50,193 nucleotides of DNA, from positions 1 to 50,193 of IMG/VR virus record IMGVR_UViG_2585427746_000005. The stretch is one strand, 5' to 3'. Each line of letters begins with the position of its first letter. Position 1 is the first letter of the stretch. This stretch comes from a virus (lineage: Duplodnaviria; Heunggongvirae; Uroviricota; Caudoviricetes). A program made the translations under genes and the position numbers. The notes under the pieces are model-generated. The model did not search any database. It saw only the letters and a program-made list of their open reading frames with translations, and was not told the origin of the DNA. This document shows positions 47,369 to 50,193 of the stretch, piece by piece.

Positions 47369-48322
47369 ATGAGTAACTATACAGAAGATAATTTATTTGA
47401 CAGCAAAACTAAAAAAGACGTCCAGAATTGCATTGCTGCAGGCATTGACATTAACACACTTAATGAACACGGTGAAAACGCCCTTTTCGGTTGCGACAGT
47501 ATCGGGGCTTTAAAAGCCATGATTGAAGCAGGCATAGCGCTGAACCATACAGATTGTTATGGTAATAATGCCCTGTTTAGCAGAAAAAGCCCACGTGCAG
47601 TGAGGCTATTGATAAAGTCAGGTATTAACGTTCACCACAAAAATAATAAAGGCCAGTCCTGTCTTCACTGGCAGCGCTACGCCATAGATTGTGCGGAACT
47701 CCTCATAAACGCGGGCATTGATATCCACAGCACAGATAACGAAGGACAAACGCTTCTTTATGACCTCCTCGATCATGACGTCTTTGATTACTGGGTAAAT
47801 AAAGGGTGTGACATAAACCACAGAGATTATGGTGGCAAAGCGGTGCTGGATCTTCCGACTGACAACGAGTGGTGGATATATGATTTCAGTATTAATGCCC
47901 TCAAACGCCATGTTGATAGAATAGACAGCACGCCAGTATTATTTAAACATGTTTCAACTGAGGCTTTGCCTCTAATTGCTTTGCTTCATGAAAAAGGGCG
48001 TAATATCCTTATCGCTGAACACTGTTCCTTCGCATTATATGTCAAAAACATGAAGTACTTCTTTACCTCACTGAAAAAATATACCGATATCAGTCATGTT
48101 CAGTTTTATAATTGTTATCATGATAAACATATTGGTATCTACACCGGCATAGAAAGTGTGAAATGGTTCATTCGAAATGGTATCCGAATGGACGACGATA
48201 TACTCAGACAGCGTTCTGACTCCGATAAGATTTTTTCTTATATCGCAGCAAGAGAGAAAAAAGACCTGTTAAAAGAAATGAAGCCAGAGATCCCCCGTTC
48301 ATCTGTACGAAAAAGACTCTAA
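47369..48322 (+). CDS. Ankyrin-repeat protein
   Basis: At least four N-terminal repeats of the G-x-(N/T)-(A/L)-L...L(I/L)..G(I/A)..N pattern; ATG with AAGGAG SD. Confidence 0.75.
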   Translation: MSNYTEDNLFDSKTKKDVQNCIAAGIDINTLNEHGENALFGCDSIGALKAMIEAGIALNHTDCYGNNALFSRKSPRAVRLLIKSGINVHHKNNKGQSCLHWQRYAIDCAELLINAGIDIHSTDNEGQTLLYDLLDHDVFDYWVNKGCDINHRDYGGKAVLDLPTDNEWWIYDFSINALKRHVDRIDSTPVLFKHVSTEALPLIALLHEKGRNILIAEHCSFALYVKNMKYFFTSLKKYTDISHVQFYNCYHDKHIGIYTGIESVKWFIRNGIRMDDDILRQRSDSDKIFSYIAAREKKDLLKEMKPEIPRSSVRKRL

Positions 48323-48396
48323 AACTCTGGAGTAAACAACCCTTTTCTTAGTCTGCAAGGATTCATTTAATGACCATTAATCTGATATGTCCTCGT

Positions 48397-48430
48397 GGGT
48401 ATACTATTTGTCAAATGGTATACCTTTTTT
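48397..48430 (+). terminator. Putative terminator after the ankyrin operon
   Basis: GGGTATAC ... GTATACC stem followed by TTTTTT. Confidence 0.4.
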
Positions 48431-48523
48431 AATCCAGATAATTAAATTATTTATCCCGTAACAACTTGACTTATTCATTTCATCGGTTATCTGTAGTAAT
48501 AAACATGAAATAAAAGGATAACT

Positions 48524-48931
48524 ATGAACAGTGACATGAGTAATGATGATGATATAACCAGAGTATCAAAACGCGGTAAATTCCATACTGACAAATTTCC
48601 TGAGAATGAAATACGACATCACTGCATCAGTGTCAGATTAAATGAAGAAGAATTAATTATTCTCGACAGTAAAAGAGGTCAGTATAAAAAAGGAGAATGG
48701 CTCAGGATGGCTTCCCTGAATAAACTCCCGCCGGTTCTGCCAGAAATCAATCGTGAAGCATGGATAAAACTTGGCAGCCTTTCACAGGATTTAAACTACC
48801 TGTTGAGTCATCTCGACAGCAAAAGCCCTGACAGCGAACTGACCCGTACAGAACTCTTCGCCCTGCGCAGACAAATCAAAACTCTCAGGGATCACCTTAT
48901 TCCCTCAACATTTCTGGAGTCAGACCCATGA
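48524..48931 (+). CDS. MobC-like relaxosome accessory protein
   Basis: 135-aa protein with RHH-like segment and LGSLSQDLNYLLSHL motif; ATGA overlap with the relaxase gene. Confidence 0.65.
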   Translation: MNSDMSNDDDITRVSKRGKFHTDKFPENEIRHHCISVRLNEEELIILDSKRGQYKKGEWLRMASLNKLPPVLPEINREAWIKLGSLSQDLNYLLSHLDSKSPDSELTRTELFALRRQIKTLRDHLIPSTFLESDP

Positions 48932-50193
48932 AAGGCATGCAGAAAATAAAAAGGGGTAAACAATTCACAGGTGTGGTTATTTATAGCCTGAAGTCAGGTT
49001 CTCACCACAAAATCACGCCTTATGTCATCGGTGGCAACATGACGGGTAGCACTGCTGCTGAGCTTATAAGTGAATTTGAAGGCACCCGACTGCTGCGTCC
49101 CGATGTCGCCAAACCTGTCTGGCATAATTCACTTCGCCTGCCAAAGGGTGAGAAACTGTCAAACAGACAGTGGGCAGCATTCGCTGACGATTATATGGCC
49201 CGAATGGGCTTCACTGACACCCATCTTCGCTGCTATATCATGCACGATGATCCGGATGGGCAGCATATTCATATCATTGCAAGTCGTATTAACATGGTCG
49301 GTGGAAAACTGTACCTGGGGAAAAATGAAAATCTTATCGGCACACGGATTATCAGTGAGCTGGAGAGAGTACACGGCCTCACCGAAACTACGGGTGTAAC
49401 CGGCAGTAGCCGCCAGGATAAAAGGAAGCCTTCCCGTAATGAACTGATGATGGCAGAACGCACAGCAGCTCCCTGCCCTAAGTCACTGTTGCAGGCCCTG
49501 CTCGACAATGCATTAACACACCATCCCGATTTACTAACCTTTGTTCGCTTACTGGAACAGGAAGGAGTGACCTGCAAACCCAATATCGCCACTACGGGTA
49601 AAATGAGTGGATTTTCATTTCAATACCAGGGTATTGCCTTTAAAGCATCTCAGTTGGGTAAAAAATATGGCTGGTCTTCCCTGCAAGCACTGATTGATTT
49701 TACGCCTGAGCATCTGAGTTTACTGAAAGAAGCCCAGAGGCCAATAGAACCTACAACCGCGCCAGTGCCAGTGCCAGTGCCAGTGCCAGTGCCAGTGCCA
49801 GTGCCAGTGCCAGTGCCAGTGCCAGTGCCAGTGCCATCATGCGAGTCTGAAGAGCAGGCTGCAAACCGGGAAACGATTCTGGAGAAAATCCATCAGCTTG
49901 AAGAAAAAATTCGTCTGGAAAGACAACAGGAGACAGTGGGTATCATCCAGCTCAGGAGCAATCTGCACAATACAGCTCGTCAGATACCCCGCCAGCGTCG
50001 TCTGTATTCATGGCTTGTATTGCTCGTCCATATTGTGGCACTTCTCAGGCGCAGAGGCATGTCTCTGTTACATGCCACTGCACATCCTTTCCACCAAATC
50101 CTCCACCTACATATTCTGACACCCTGTCATCCCATGACAACAAATACCAATAAAGAACAATCATTTAAAAACAACAACCATCCTGCACCATAA
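48928..50193 (+). CDS. Mobilisation relaxase (MobA-like)
   Basis: Histidine triad IMHDDPDGQHIHIIASRIN; internal (PV)n linker; stop TAA at window end. Confidence 0.8.
   Translation: MKGMQKIKRGKQFTGVVIYSLKSGSHHKITPYVIGGNMTGSTAAELISEFEGTRLLRPDVAKPVWHNSLRLPKGEKLSNRQWAAFADDYMARMGFTDTHLRCYIMHDDPDGQHIHIIASRINMVGGKLYLGKNENLIGTRIISELERVHGLTETTGVTGSSRQDKRKPSRNELMMAERTAAPCPKSLLQALLDNALTHHPDLLTFVRLLEQEGVTCKPNIATTGKMSGFSFQYQGIAFKASQLGKKYGWSSLQALIDFTPEHLSLLKEAQRPIEPTTAPVPVPVPVPVPVPVPVPVPVPVPVPSCESEEQAANRETILEKIHQLEEKIRLERQQETVGIIQLRSNLHNTARQIPRQRRLYSWLVLLVHIVALLRRRGMSLLHATAHPFHQILHLHILTPCHPMTTNTNKEQSFKNNNHPAP
49762..49836 (+). repeat. Hexanucleotide tandem repeat (CCAGTG), about 12.5 copies, encoding (Pro-Val)n
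   Basis: Uninterrupted CCAGTG repeats inside the relaxase ORF, in frame. Confidence 0.9.

Larger units (their letters stand above)
36100..50193. mobile_element. Second ssrA-targeting genomic island (integrative mobilisable element-like), truncated by window end
   Basis: Starts at the att repeat with a P4-type integrase; carries AT-rich cargo plus MobC/relaxase; no right boundary in window. Confidence 0.7.

Noticed and set aside
48397-48424. Inverted repeat upstream of mobC considered as oriT
   Set aside because: It is followed by a T6 run and sits right after the ankyrin operon, so a terminator is the simpler reading; no nic-site consensus was recognised.
49762-49836. Tandem repeat considered as a possible CRISPR array
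   Set aside because: Unit is only 6 nt with no spacers and lies in frame inside the relaxase ORF; it is a coding microsatellite.

Overview
Enterobacterial chromosome segment. smpB (1-483) and the tmRNA gene ssrA (698-1060) are followed by a ~35-kb P2/186-family prophage integrated into the 3' end of ssrA, bounded by 45-bp direct repeats (1016-1060 and 36100-36144). A second ssrA-targeting island starts right after the second repeat with a P4-type integrase and runs off the window end. Prophage order from attL: ogr, tail genes D-U-T-E(+E' frameshift)-FII-FI, a Hin/Gin-type invertase with an invertible tail-fibre cassette, baseplate genes I-J-W-V, S-R, spanins, endolysin, holin, X, L-M-N-O, terminase P and portal Q, a putative cos site, an SOS-controlled tum/DinI-like module, replication gene A, Dam methylase, small early genes, cII, apl, cI and integrase. 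AT-rich cargo sits at three places in the prophage: a DUF2971-like moron between V and S, a three-gene operon between Q and cos, and a membrane-protein gene between int and attR. The second island carries a serine recombinase plus two ParB-like genes, a NACHT/pentapeptide NTPase coupled to a RelA/SpoT-like gene, an ankyrin-repeat operon, and a MobC/relaxase module. Best candidates for an undescribed system are the Q-cos three-gene operon and the NTPase + RelA/SpoT pair. All calls rest on reading the sequence and recalled family knowledge; no database search was run.
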